Below, in pieces: positions 1 through 9,735 of a stretch of DNA of 64,000 bases (positions are counted from its first letter, which is position 1; each line of letters begins with the position of its first letter). The notes below the pieces were generated by a model. That model saw only the letters and a program-made list of their open reading frames with translations, did not search any database and was not told the DNA's origin. Both the position numbers and the translations under genes were made by a program. The stretch is taken from the sequence record MT833283.1; one strand, 5' to 3'. The DNA is from Escherichia coli phage vB_EcoS_Ace.

Positions 1-39
1 TGTTATCATTACACAGTGTGACTATTTTATTTTTAATTG

Positions 40-774
40 TTAGGCAACTTTTAATTTATCAATGAATTGTTGCGGAGTGGTACTATATTCCGCGCGTTCT
101 TCCTCGGTCATACCTTCCCAACACATTTTTAAACGTTCGGCTAGGAATTGATAATCGTTATCATCATCAAGCGATTCATCAATAAAGGTTTCACCGATCA
201 ATGTTACGCCGATTGATAGGATATCATTAACGGCTTGAGCGTCCAGCGTTTTAAATCCAGCACTTGCCGCCGCCGATAATACACCTTTATGATCATCAAT
301 CATTGTAAAATCAGCGTTAGGATATAGCTGTTTAAACAGTTCAAAGTAATAAGATTTATATACAGCGTCTTTGCTGTGATATATTTCGCTAACCTTATTT
401 GCATCAAAGTATTTATGTAATGTATCGCGGGAAAATACGCGAATATTACTATTTCCGCGCCCTCGCAAGCCTTGTTTGCGTAAATAAAAATAATCGCTTT
501 TAGACATTAAGCGCGCGGTACAAATTATATTTAATGTATTTGCATCATTCATACATTGGCGCATATATTCAACCAACGGCAATAAAGAATCTTGCATAAT
601 TAAATCATGTTTGCAGGCTTCGCGGGAATACTTAACTAAATCTAAATTCCCGTTATCATCAAAGCAAGGTGCTACACGATGGAAAGAATTTATAATCGTT
701 CCGTCTAAATCCCAAATCATAACGCGGGAAATATGCGGGAAAGCGCGGGTAATATTCATGTTGACTTGATTCAT
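40..774 (-). CDS. dmp: 5'-deoxyribonucleotidase, HAD family (T5 Dmp-like)
   Basis: 244-aa ORF; HAD motif I (IWDLDGTI); position and size match T5 pre-early dmp as recalled. Confidence 0.75.
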   Translation of the reverse strand: MNQVNMNITRAFPHISRVMIWDLDGTIINSFHRVAPCFDDNGNLDLVKYSREACKHDLIMQDSLLPLVEYMRQCMNDANTLNIICTARLMSKSDYFYLRKQGLRGRGNSNIRVFSRDTLHKYFDANKVSEIYHSKDAVYKSYYFELFKQLYPNADFTMIDDHKGVLSAAASAGFKTLDAQAVNDILSIGVTLIGETFIDESLDDDNDYQFLAERLKMCWEGMTEEERAEYSTTPQQFIDKLKVA

Positions 775-861
775 TTGTTACATTCTCCATTTAAGGGATT
801 TAGGTTAATTCAATCTTGCCAGCTAATTATATTAGATTAGCTGGCAATGTTCAATTAACTA

Positions 862-1254
862 TTAGTTAGTGAGGCCATACGCTAGCGCGTCACCGATAAA
901 GGAAAGATCTTCACCATGTACGCTAGAACGGATACCCGCGCAAGTATAAACCATTGCGCTAGCTTCGGGATTGCAGACCGGACACGGCTTAACAACTGCA
1001 AACGCTAGACCTGATTTAAGCGCATCAATAATGATTGTTTGCACTGTCAAAGTATCAGCGTAAACGCCTTTTGCTTTCGTATGGCTTGCCACTTTGCCGG
1101 TATCATAAGCAAAGGTAGTAACCTGCAAAGCGTCGTTATAATTCAGCAAATCGAAATTAACTTGCCCCGCTTCGACGTGATAACGTTCGCCATTAGAGTA
1201 AACTAGAACGATGGAAGAAGTAGCGCGATCAAAAGGAATGTTTTGGTTTTTCAT
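862..1254 (-). CDS. hypothetical pre-early protein (130 aa)
   Basis: ORF in track; same strand and tight spacing with dmp/A1; no recognisable motif. Confidence 0.5.
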   Translation of the reverse strand: MKNQNIPFDRATSSIVLVYSNGERYHVEAGQVNFDLLNYNDALQVTTFAYDTGKVASHTKAKGVYADTLTVQTIIIDALKSGLAFAVVKPCPVCNPEASAMVYTCAGIRSSVHGEDLSFIGDALAYGLTN

Positions 1255-1290
1255 GTTTATGACTCCAGATTGTTTAATTACGGGATTAAT

Positions 1291-1569
1291 TTATTTATTG
1301 ACTTCTAAACTTACAACAAAGTTTAAATTTGTTTCTTTCCACACATCGGGAATATCTTGTTCCTGCAAATAATCCCTCGCTTCATAATCAGTTTCAAAGG
1401 AATAAAAATCCCCTGATTCAATTATATAAGAATGACCATTTATCGGATTTTGATAAATATAACAGTCACCATCTTTTATATTACGGTATACAGTGCCATG
1501 CCCGATATTATCAATGGCATATGTATCAGACATATTTTTACTAGATGGAAGATTAATTTTAATCGTCAT
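1291..1569 (-). CDS. hypothetical pre-early protein (92 aa)
   Basis: ORF in track directly downstream of A1 on the same strand. Confidence 0.5.
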   Translation of the reverse strand: MTIKINLPSSKNMSDTYAIDNIGHGTVYRNIKDGDCYIYQNPINGHSYIIESGDFYSFETDYEARDYLQEQDIPDVWKETNLNFVVSLEVNK

Positions 1570-1621
1570 TTAATTATCCTTTTATTAATGGCGGCATATT
1601 TCAACCGCCGATTAAATTTAA

Positions 1622-3286
1622 TTATGCAAAGAATTTACCGTTTTTGAAATCAATCAAAGTACGTTGCCCGTTTGCATAGGTAATTAAATGCGTTTGCGTC
1701 CAGCTTGACGCGCCCACGTTGTAGCCCATATCAAGGGAACCAGCAACGCCAGCGGTATAAACGCCGCCGTAAATGCTAGCCGTGTGAGTGTGACCAGTGT
1801 TAAGGCGTCCCAACTTTTTAAACTGCTTAGGATTGCCCCGACTGCCGTTAATGCCATTGTGACCATGTACGCCGCACTCAATGCCAGCGATTTTAAATGA
1901 CTGGTCAGTAGTCAGGAAAATGGCGTTAAATACACATCCTGCAACGTAGCGGAGGGCGTAATCCAATACGTTAAAGGTATCATTCTGTTTTGCAATTGCA
2001 GAGTAAATCGCAGCGTTTAAGCTGTGGTATAGTTCGGCGTTTGCGGGGTCGTCTTTAATGTTAGCGTTACGATCATCTAGCCAGCGTGAAAGAGCTAAAT
2101 CATGGTTAGATTCAACAATGATTGTTTGAGAGAAATCACGCTCCATTGATTCTAAAACGCGTCCAGTATCGATAAGATCATCTAAAACCTTGTCACGTCC
2201 TGCGGCGTACTGTTTAGCAAGGAATACACCACTTGCGCGGTTATGATGATTGCGGGATGTAAAATCGTGTACGTCATGGATAAACTGATATTTCGGTTTA
2301 AGAATATCAAGCAATGAATTTTCACTAGCCCATGACGCAATGGCGCATTCATCATCTAATTTTTCGGCGTGAATATCGCCATATTGCAGACCTAAAACAT
2401 GATCAGATGTTTCAAAACATCCGGTAGGCATAGCGCAAATATTCAAATCGTAGAACATCCCGCTTTCGTCCATTGTTTCAAGCTGGCGAACAAAAAATTC
2501 GCCGTCGTCGTCAAATTCTACTAATAAAGCGCCGTAATTATGCAGCGCCTCAGCTTTTTGACCTGCTTTCTGCTGAATATAGTTTTTAAGTGTAGCCGTT
2601 CCGGTGGAGTACATACGGCGTACTACTTCACCTTTTAACGCTGGCACACTTTCAGCGGTGATTTTAGCGTGACCAATTGCCAGACCTTCGATATTTAAAG
2701 CGGTGGCGGTTTCTGCGAATCCTGAAAGCGGATAATCAGCCGTTGGCAAAACGTTAATTTCAGCCATGAAAGCAAAGCGGCGGTTATTTAAAAATACGTT
2801 TTTATCACAAACATATTTATCAAATGCGGGATCGTATTTAATACCGTTTGCACCTTCCCCGTTCTGGAATCCATTTTTATTATAAATGAATTTACTGATT
2901 AGCAATTCAGCGCCGATATATTCAGCGAATTTTTCCAGACTTGCTAAAAAGTTTTTATGCGGGAAAGTATTATTTTGAACCGACGTTAGAATAAAACGGC
3001 GACCGGATTTAACTTCCCATTGTTCAACGGTACTAGAAACAATCCCCGCCGCTTCGGGGCGATCATCATTTTTAATCGCCTTTTCAGCTTTTGCCGCTTT
3101 CGGTTTCGCTGGCTTATTTGCTTCCAACCAGTCACAAATTGCGGTCGAATGTTTCGGCGTATCATAAACAGCTTTTGAAATATCGTCGCAAACTTCCAAT
3201 TTAGTAGCGCGTAAACGCTTACCGTAGAAGTTAAAATCTGCGGCCATTTTCAAAATTTGAGCTTGTTTTTCTGCGGAAATATTCAT
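1622..3286 (-). CDS. A1: A1-like pre-early protein with C-terminal calcineurin-like metallophosphoesterase (Mre11/SbcD-type nuclease) domain
   Basis: 554-aa ORF; motifs GDIHAE, VESNHD, GHNGINGSRGN, GHTHT in the order expected for metallophosphoesterases; size matches T5 A1 as recalled. Confidence 0.7.
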   Translation of the reverse strand: MNISAEKQAQILKMAADFNFYGKRLRATKLEVCDDISKAVYDTPKHSTAICDWLEANKPAKPKAAKAEKAIKNDDRPEAAGIVSSTVEQWEVKSGRRFILTSVQNNTFPHKNFLASLEKFAEYIGAELLISKFIYNKNGFQNGEGANGIKYDPAFDKYVCDKNVFLNNRRFAFMAEINVLPTADYPLSGFAETATALNIEGLAIGHAKITAESVPALKGEVVRRMYSTGTATLKNYIQQKAGQKAEALHNYGALLVEFDDDGEFFVRQLETMDESGMFYDLNICAMPTGCFETSDHVLGLQYGDIHAEKLDDECAIASWASENSLLDILKPKYQFIHDVHDFTSRNHHNRASGVFLAKQYAAGRDKVLDDLIDTGRVLESMERDFSQTIIVESNHDLALSRWLDDRNANIKDDPANAELYHSLNAAIYSAIAKQNDTFNVLDYALRYVAGCVFNAIFLTTDQSFKIAGIECGVHGHNGINGSRGNPKQFKKLGRLNTGHTHTASIYGGVYTAGVAGSLDMGYNVGASSWTQTHLITYANGQRTLIDFKNGKFFA

Positions 3287-3394
3287 AACTAAATCAACTC
3301 CTATAAAGGGATAAATATTAATACTGGCAATATTGCCAAATATAACGCCTTACCTGAAGTGAGGACAATTTAAAAGGCGTTATAATTTGCAATA

Positions 3395-3640
3395 TTATTC
3401 TAGAATTGGCATAAGACTAGAACTAAAACCGCAACTAATAGCCAGCGTTAAAAATATAATCGCTAGATATTTTTGTTTATTAGCTTGACGTTTAAACATA
3501 TCAGCGGCATAAGCTGAATTAATGCCGATAATAGAGATTATATATTTGCCGTAATTAAATATAAATATAGCGGCAACTATAAATAAACCTAAAATAAACG
3601 CTTCACTAGGGAAGAAGATCATTTTAATAACTCCGGTCAA
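3395..3640 (-). CDS. small hydrophobic membrane protein (81 aa)
   Basis: ORF in track; two predicted hydrophobic helices; between A1 and A2. Confidence 0.45.
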   Translation of the reverse strand: MTGVIKMIFFPSEAFILGLFIVAAIFIFNYGKYIISIIGINSAYAADMFKRQANKQKYLAIIFLTLAISCGFSSSLMPILE

Positions 3641-3680
3641 AGGGAAATTATAGCGGGGAATAATCCCCGCTAATTAAAAT

Positions 3681-4097
3681 TTATTCACCTGCGGCCTGTT
3701 TTACTTCCTCCGCTACGCCTAACAATTGCGCTACGGCTTCCAGCGTTTCCAGTTTTGCACTTTCCAGACTTGCCAGATCATCAGCGTCTTTGATAACGCC
3801 AGCATCAATGGCATGTTTAGCCATAACGCGCACATAGTGAGCTTTACGGACACTAGACCCGCCGCCAACTTTACGCGGTTTATCACTTTTCTGGTACGCT
3901 TTTGCGCTTGTCAGTTTAGAACGTACAGAAACAGGGCTTGCAGCGCCAACGGCGGCGGCAATTTCTTTCAGGCCGTCACTGTTAGCAAATTCAATTCCGC
4001 TTTTAGCGACCATTTCAGAATACATAGAAACAGCCTTTTCGGTGTTTTCTTCGTTCCAAGAGAATTTTGCGGTTTTTTCGGTTTTAACGTTAGACAT
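3681..4097 (-). CDS. A2: A2-like pre-early DNA-binding protein (138 aa)
   Basis: ORF size and position right of A1 match T5 A2 as recalled; Ala/Lys-rich; assignment by synteny only. Confidence 0.45.
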   Translation of the reverse strand: MSNVKTEKTAKFSWNEENTEKAVSMYSEMVAKSGIEFANSDGLKEIAAAVGAASPVSVRSKLTSAKAYQKSDKPRKVGGGSSVRKAHYVRVMAKHAIDAGVIKDADDLASLESAKLETLEAVAQLLGVAEEVKQAAGE

Positions 4098-4383
4098 AAT
4101 TTAATACTCCATTCAATTATTAATTAAGGGATTATGATTAACTAAATGTTAATCGCTATATATTCTATTAGCTAGAATATATAACGGAAACATTTTATTT
4201 TTATTTCCAGTTTCAAGCAGTTTATTAGTTCCCGAATATATTTATATTCTCACCTTATCCGGCTTGCCAGAGAATTAATAAGGCAACATTGTATTTATAC
4301 GCTGTTTATTATTCCGTTCACGCTAGGAATATTTCGAGTTATCTTTATTGCCTAACTAAGCATGATATGTAAGGCGCATTAAT

Positions 4384-4635
4384 TTATGCGATAGCTTGCC
4401 ATTTATCATCTTTCTGAATGATTTTTACAACGTCGCCAGATTTAACACGGACGTTATAAATAGGCTTGCCGTGGTTACTGCGTTCCGTTTCCGCATAGAC
4501 CGCTTCAATCTTATCAAAGGGATCAAGCGCCGCACCTTTAATACGTTCGGCTTTTCCGGTTAATTCATCCGTTTTAGTTACAAAAGGAATGAATACAGAT
4601 TGACCTACTTTCGGCGCGGTAATAACGTTTTGCAT
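4384..4635 (-). CDS. hypothetical protein (83 aa)
   Basis: ORF in track, minus strand, pre-early region. Confidence 0.45.
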   Translation of the reverse strand: MQNVITAPKVGQSVFIPFVTKTDELTGKAERIKGAALDPFDKIEAVYAETERSNHGKPIYNVRVKSGDVVKIIQKDDKWQAIA

Positions 4636-4767
4636 TTTTAATACTCCGGTTTATTGGGGATTATTCCACAATAGCGCCTCGATACTTTGAAACGCTATTA
4701 GATTATAATCCGCTAGGAGTTAGCCTAAACATTACCGTTATCCAAATTGTTAAAGAGCAGTTACTAT

Positions 4768-4790
4768 GGGGAACATCTTAAAACCTATCG
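4768..4790. repeat. inverted repeat arm (GGGAACATCTTAAAACCTATCGG)
   Basis: 22/23 match to reverse complement of 5051-5073. Confidence 0.6.
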
Positions 4791-4799
4791 GCTAGCGTG

Positions 4800-5018
4800 T
4801 CAAGCGTTTTTTAAACTTTTTTCGATTTGATGTGAGTTATATAAATCAATCATTATATTACGCCACACCATTTCCAGACCTTGCTGCTTACCTTTCTTGT
4901 ATTGCTTGAATCTGTATTTTACAGATCTTTGCGCTACTGTCAACAAATTTTTTGTTCTGCTATCCAGTGGGCTAGCAGGTTTTGCACTAATCACTAAAGC
5001 GTTTTTTGATTTGATCAT
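4800..5018 (-). CDS. small basic protein (72 aa), flanked by 23-bp inverted repeats
   Basis: ORF in track; Lys/Arg-rich; bracketed by IR 4768-4790 / 5051-5073. Confidence 0.4.
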   Translation of the reverse strand: MIKSKNALVISAKPASPLDSRTKNLLTVAQRSVKYRFKQYKKGKQQGLEMVWRNIMIDLYNSHQIEKSLKNA

Positions 5019-5050
5019 TATCGTCGATTCCTTATAATATCTAAGTTTAC

Positions 5051-5073
5051 CGCCGATAGGCTTTAAGATGTTC
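5051..5073. repeat. inverted repeat arm (CCGATAGGCTTTAAGATGTTCCC)
   Basis: partner of 4768-4790; the two arms bracket ORF 4800..5018. Confidence 0.6.
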
Positions 5074-5770
5074 CCTAATTTTTAAAGAGCATGGCAGGGT
5101 TTTGAAAGGTCAAACAGACTGTCAATCGCTGTTATCCCCGCCGTGTAGTTCGTCATTGCCGCCCTACGTGATAAATAATAGGAGAATACCGAGAAGGGCG
5201 CAAGCGTATTTTTGTAAAGAAACGTAAAGAAAACCACTACTCGCAAACTTCCAGCGGCGCATTAAATTTAATGAAACGGGCGCGCGAATAACACCAAAAC
5301 AACCATTTTAGCAAGTAATTTTTTCATTTATATCTGCTCTAGGGTACTTGACAAAATCTAAAATCCTCGTGGTGAGGTTTTCTCGGTGTACCCCTTATGA
5401 TTGCCTATCTTTTCCTTTGAGGCGCTTAGAATGCGTTACAGAGCGTTTTAGACCCTGTTAATAACTTATACAAAAAGCAAAAATGAAATTTAATGAGTTA
5501 TCCACTTGATTTTTCAAAAAAGTATTTTCTGCTGTTATTTTTCATTGACAAATAAGTCTGGACGTGCATCAGAGCATTAGCAGACTAATAATCGCTAGGA
5601 TGATAATCACGCTGGTGGATTGTAACAGCCGAAACAGTTAGTAGACTATTAATACTCTAAAAATCTATTAGCCAACTAACTATTTCATAATATATAATAT
5701 ACACATAAATTAATGAGAAATAATAACTATGAGAAACTATCGGGCTAAGTGAGAACCACTATCATTTAGG

Positions 5771-5840
5771 TTATGCACAAAGCTATCCACAGCACAAAAT
5801 AACTTGACGCAATAGGCGACGTTTTGGCGACTTATCCACA
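5771..5840. promoter_or_regulatory. cluster of DnaA-box-like 9-mers (TTATGCACA, CTATCCACA, TTATCCACA)
   Basis: three matches to TTATNCACA within 70 bp; further copies at 9460-9468 and 9521-9529. Confidence 0.5.
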
Positions 5841-5880
5841 GACTTATATACAGGTTATCCTACTGTATAAATATACAGGG
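5831..5880. repeat. left arm of ~50-bp inverted repeat carrying DnaA box TTATCCACA and LexA-box-like palindrome CTGT-N8-ACAG
   Basis: about 45/50 identity to reverse complement of 9421-9470. Confidence 0.7.
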
Positions 5881-6127
5881 TAGAATGGTAGCAGTAACAA
5901 CCGCAATCAAATTTAAGCGGCCTAGAACGCGCTACACGGCGTTTTCTCACTGCTACCCTTATTATAATAAAGCCTTGTGTACGCTTACAGAGAGCTAGAA
6001 ATAGAAAACGCGCGATTATCATAAAAATGGGCAGTAGGCAAGGAATAAAAAACCTTTTCTTTTTTCTTGCCCCTAGCGAACAATTATCTATATCATTCAC
6101 TCACCGATTAACGAGGGAGACAAAGAA

Positions 6128-7129
6128 ATGTCTACTGTAAGAATTGCAGTACCAGCAAACGCCACTATTATTAAGGGTAGTTTGCGCAACCTGATAGACG
6201 GATCAAGTCCAGCAAGCCTACAACATACGGCGGCAATGGTTGAAAAGATTCACTATGATATTTTAGATAATAATGATACTCATTATTCAGTCGATGATTT
6301 CACGCTATTACTAGACCAGACAAGGGCGCTAGTAATTTTCAACCGTGATTATCATATTTTCCGTAATAGTCGTGGAACTGATATTGATTTTATCATTGTT
6401 GGCTATAGTGAGTCTCATAGTGGTTACATTGCGCGATTATATAACGTGCAAGAAAAGGAGCAGGTAACAGCAACAAAAGTAAATAATATCCTGCTGGATA
6501 GTGTCGGATCGTTATTAAATAGTATCTGGCGTGAATTATCATCCAGTTATAAAGGTGCGGATAGTGACGCAATCGAAACAACTGGCGTATTGTGTTTTGA
6601 ACGCGCTAGCGGTAACATGTTGATTCCTAACGATTATTTAGAGAATGGGAATGAATCAAACGTTGTAAATGCTGGATTTACACTTTTACCGCTTGACATT
6701 GTAACAAAACAGGCTGTACAATCTCAAACTTCAAGCGCAAATGCGCAAACTACTGAAAATAAAGGAAATATTATGTCTAAAGTATCTTCTATCGTTGCCG
6801 CTAATAAATCCGCCGTTGTAAACGCTGCTAAACTGGAAGCAGGTAAAATTGCACTGACTCAAATCACAAAAGTAGCGGCGAAAAAAGCGCCGTTTATTAT
6901 CAAGGGTTATATTGATACGCCTATCGGTCGGGTAGTTATTGCTAACCTGCTGAGTGTAGCAGTTGACCAGTACGCCCCGAATAACGCGAAAGCAAAAGCG
7001 GTAGCAGGCGCGGCAATGGAAGCGGCAATGCTAGAAATGGTACAATCTTTTAACATCGCTGAAATGATCGACGAAATGGTAAAAGGTATTGACATTTCCA
7101 CCTTTACCCAAAACGCTGAAAGCGAATAA
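6128..7129 (+). CDS. hypothetical protein (333 aa), Ala-rich C-terminus
   Basis: ORF in track; GAGGGAG Shine-Dalgarno 6 nt upstream of ATG; first gene of the plus-strand block. Confidence 0.6.
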   Translation: MSTVRIAVPANATIIKGSLRNLIDGSSPASLQHTAAMVEKIHYDILDNNDTHYSVDDFTLLLDQTRALVIFNRDYHIFRNSRGTDIDFIIVGYSESHSGYIARLYNVQEKEQVTATKVNNILLDSVGSLLNSIWRELSSSYKGADSDAIETTGVLCFERASGNMLIPNDYLENGNESNVVNAGFTLLPLDIVTKQAVQSQTSSANAQTTENKGNIMSKVSSIVAANKSAVVNAAKLEAGKIALTQITKVAAKKAPFIIKGYIDTPIGRVVIANLLSVAVDQYAPNNAKAKAVAGAAMEAAMLEMVQSFNIAEMIDEMVKGIDISTFTQNAESE

Positions 7130-7183
7130 TAATATTTAGCGGGGATTATTTCCCCGCTTTCCCTTTTAGTTAGGAGACTAATT

Positions 7184-7678
7184 ATGTCGGAAGAAAAATA
7201 TGGCTTTTCGCTAGAAAGTGTGAGTGAAGCTAAACACGATATGATCGTTTTAGTTGATTGTCACACTGGCTATTGTGGAGAAAGGAACACTGAGGAACAT
7301 TTTGTTCCCGCTGGATGTGATCTGGACGCGTTCACACATGAAATGGCTATTGATAATGCTTCTAGTTTCGGTAGTGATGGCTATGAAGATGAAGAAACAG
7401 GGGAATGGATTGAAAATGATAATGTATATGCGAGTCTTTATCATTATCAATTGAGTAAGTCCGGCACTTATGTAAATGGCGGCGATCCTATTAATACCGT
7501 TATGAAACTAATTATTAAACACGGTGGCGCGGAAATAATTGGTAACAAGGCGTTATTATATGCAAATCGATTAAAACAGCTTGTTTATATTCCTGATAAT
7601 TCCCGTTGGGATGAATATGCCGTTTTACAGAAAGAACTAAAACGCTGTTTCAATATTGAAGCATTAGAAATAGTCTAA
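7184..7678 (+). CDS. acidic hypothetical protein (164 aa)
   Basis: ORF in track; AGGAG upstream; followed by hairpin plus T-run terminator at 7694-7720. Confidence 0.6.
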   Translation: MSEEKYGFSLESVSEAKHDMIVLVDCHTGYCGERNTEEHFVPAGCDLDAFTHEMAIDNASSFGSDGYEDEETGEWIENDNVYASLYHYQLSKSGTYVNGGDPINTVMKLIIKHGGAEIIGNKALLYANRLKQLVYIPDNSRWDEYAVLQKELKRCFNIEALEIV

Positions 7679-7693
7679 TGTAAAGTCTTGTAA

Positions 7694-7720
7694 AGGTCGC
7701 CTATGTTGGCGGCCTTTTTT
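7694..7720 (+). terminator. rho-independent terminator
   Basis: 8-bp GC-rich stem (AGGTCGCC/GGCGGCCT) followed by T6. Confidence 0.6.
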
Positions 7721-7786
7721 GTTATAATGCCTTTACACCGAAACGGTGGATTGAAAATTTTTCCCTGATTTCTAGGAGGCGTTAAA

Positions 7787-8014
7787 ATGGTATATTCATC
7801 ATCTTCTGCAATTTTTAACGGTATGGAATGGGTATCCGTTCCCGCTATTGTCAGCGTTATGGTTTCTGAATTTGGGATTGGTAAAACTTATGTTACCATT
7901 CAGGGGCTTTACGACAATGACAAGATTGATCAGCAAACCGCCGGATTTTTGCTGGATGAATTGAAAGCTAACCATTGCACTAAAAAGCAAGCGGCAAAAA
8001 TTGTTTTAATGTAA
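7787..8014 (+). CDS. hypothetical protein (75 aa)
   Basis: ORF in track; AGGAGG upstream of ATG. Confidence 0.5.
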   Translation: MVYSSSSAIFNGMEWVSVPAIVSVMVSEFGIGKTYVTIQGLYDNDKIDQQTAGFLLDELKANHCTKKQAAKIVLM

Positions 8015-8212
8015 TTATTAAAGGGGATATATTATCCCCTAATTTCTAGGAGCTAATAAAATGGTTATTTTTCGATCTATTCTGGCTAGTATCTTGGGCG
8101 CTATTTTATCGCTGTTTGTAATAGCTTTCGGCGTTCACGTGGTTATTATTGGAGCAGGTATCGCGGGGTTTTCTTACTTGTTAGGCTGTATGACTGGTAA
8201 AGGGGAATAAAA

Positions 8213-8425
8213 ATGTTAAAAAATGTAAGCCTTGCCCGTTCAAAAGGTTTTAAGCTGGTGGATGTTAACACGTTTGAGCGTACAGATTGTAAAATCGAAT
8301 ATGTACCGCGTAACAAAAACGCTTTCCGTGTTACAGAAAAGAAATTTGACAAGCGCGGAAATTTGGTAGCCGAAACGGTTAAACACTTTGCCACCTTTTA
8401 CGCTGCGTTTCGGGGAGTGTTATAA
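8213..8425 (+). CDS. hypothetical protein (70 aa)
   Basis: ORF in track; stop 1 nt before next ATG. Confidence 0.5.
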   Translation: MLKNVSLARSKGFKLVDVNTFERTDCKIEYVPRNKNAFRVTEKKFDKRGNLVAETVKHFATFYAAFRGVL

Positions 8426-8426
8426 A

Positions 8427-8771
8427 ATGGTAATTTACGAGGGCAATCGCTTTGTAACTAATTGCCGTCCGGCATTATTAGCAAACTATTTAAATCAGCT
8501 TTCACCAGTTTATAAAGGCGTGGTTAATATCTATGAGGGCAAAGCACATTATAAAATTTCTGCCGTTGTCGCCCGTGAACTAGCGTTTCAATTTTTAACT
8601 TTTGGGTCTTGTGACGTTCAGGTTATGGGGGAAGCGTTAATAGCGGAAAATGAAAATGAATTTATTGACATTTTCCGCAAAGTATGTACAGAGCGCCTGA
8701 TTATGAAAGGCGCGTATATTCAATCAACCGCTGAAAGTATCGAAACAGCGTTTCGAAAGGTGGCGCAATGA
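8427..8771 (+). CDS. hypothetical protein (114 aa)
   Basis: in-frame ATG at 8427 immediately after upstream stop; track ORF 8388..8771 trimmed to this ATG. Confidence 0.5.
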   Translation: MVIYEGNRFVTNCRPALLANYLNQLSPVYKGVVNIYEGKAHYKISAVVARELAFQFLTFGSCDVQVMGEALIAENENEFIDIFRKVCTERLIMKGAYIQSTAESIETAFRKVAQ

Positions 8772-9079
8772 CTAGAAATGAAGCTGTTAAAGCTATGTTA
8801 GAAGGTAAAAAAGTAACTCATCGTTATTTTTCCATGCATGAATATTTATTCATGAAATATGAAGTGATCACCACGGAGGATGGTTATAAATTTAATCATG
8901 AATTTTATAGCCGTGAAATGTTTAATGATGGCTGGTAGCTTTATTATGAATAGCTGGTGGCGAAAAACACAAAGCCATAAATCTAATAATACCGCTGGGA
9001 AACATTCCCAGCGTTTACGATTTGGTAATGGCTTCACAATGATATTGATAATCATTCTCATTCTAGGAGCAATGGCGTT

Positions 9080-9274
9080 ATGAGTGATAAAATTGTTGTA
9101 ACTAAAACTACTGTTACCGTTGATACTTTCTTTGTGCCTGATACGCTGGAAAATCGGCAAGCGGTGGAGCGTGGCGATTATGATAAAGTGATTTATGATA
9201 ACGATGGTTACTATCAACATTTGGTAGACTCCTACGGCGAAAGCGAAAAGATCACACATCGACTACCAGACTAA
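9080..9274 (+). CDS. hypothetical protein (64 aa)
   Basis: ORF in track; last gene of the plus-strand block, followed by terminator 9280-9308. Confidence 0.45.
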   Translation: MSDKIVVTKTTVTVDTFFVPDTLENRQAVERGDYDKVIYDNDGYYQHLVDSYGESEKITHRLPD

Positions 9275-9279
9275 TAATA

Positions 9280-9308
9280 ACGGGGCGCAACTATCGGCCC
9301 CGTCTTTT
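9280..9308 (+). terminator. rho-independent terminator closing the plus-strand block
   Basis: stem ACGGGGC/GCCCCGT followed by CTTTT. Confidence 0.6.
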
Positions 9309-9420
9309 CTGGCCTTCCTCAAATTTCCCCTTATTAAAATACCTCCCCCAAAAATAAACGCGTTCTAACGCGTTTGAGAGCGTTTTAGAGCTATATTAGA
9401 GTTATTCACTACGCAGGAAT

Positions 9421-9470
9421 ACTGTATAAATATACAGTAGAATAACCTGTTGATAAGTCTGTGGATAACG
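9421..9470. repeat. right arm of ~50-bp inverted repeat (TACTGTATAAATATACAGTA plus DnaA box TGTGGATAA)
   Basis: reverse complement matches 5831-5880. Confidence 0.7.
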
Positions 9471-9554
9471 CCTCAAAATCACTAGGATTTTGTCAAGTCA
9501 GATCGTGCTGTTAATAAACCTGTGGATAACTTAAATAACAGTGTTTCTCACTTC

Positions 9555-9700
9555 GCTTTGTAAATGCGAGTCATTCTCATTATCATTAGCGTTTCCCTTC
9601 CTAAATGCAAATCATTCTCATTCGTATTCCGGTAGTCAAATGATAACTGTTCTCATTCGCATTCAACTTCTCAAATGCGAATCATTCTCATTATCATTCG
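9555..9700. repeat. three direct copies of ~25-bp motif AAATGCRARTCATTCTCATT(ATCATT)
   Basis: copies near 9563, 9603 and 9672 plus a partial copy near 9640. Confidence 0.6.
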
Positions 9701-9735
9701 CATTTCGGCAGGCAGGGCAATTTGCCCTGCGCTTT

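Noticed and set aside
3726-4127. 133-aa plus-strand ORF
   Set aside because: Antisense overlap of the A2-like gene; no SD or promoter; Phe/Cys-rich translation typical of antisense frames.
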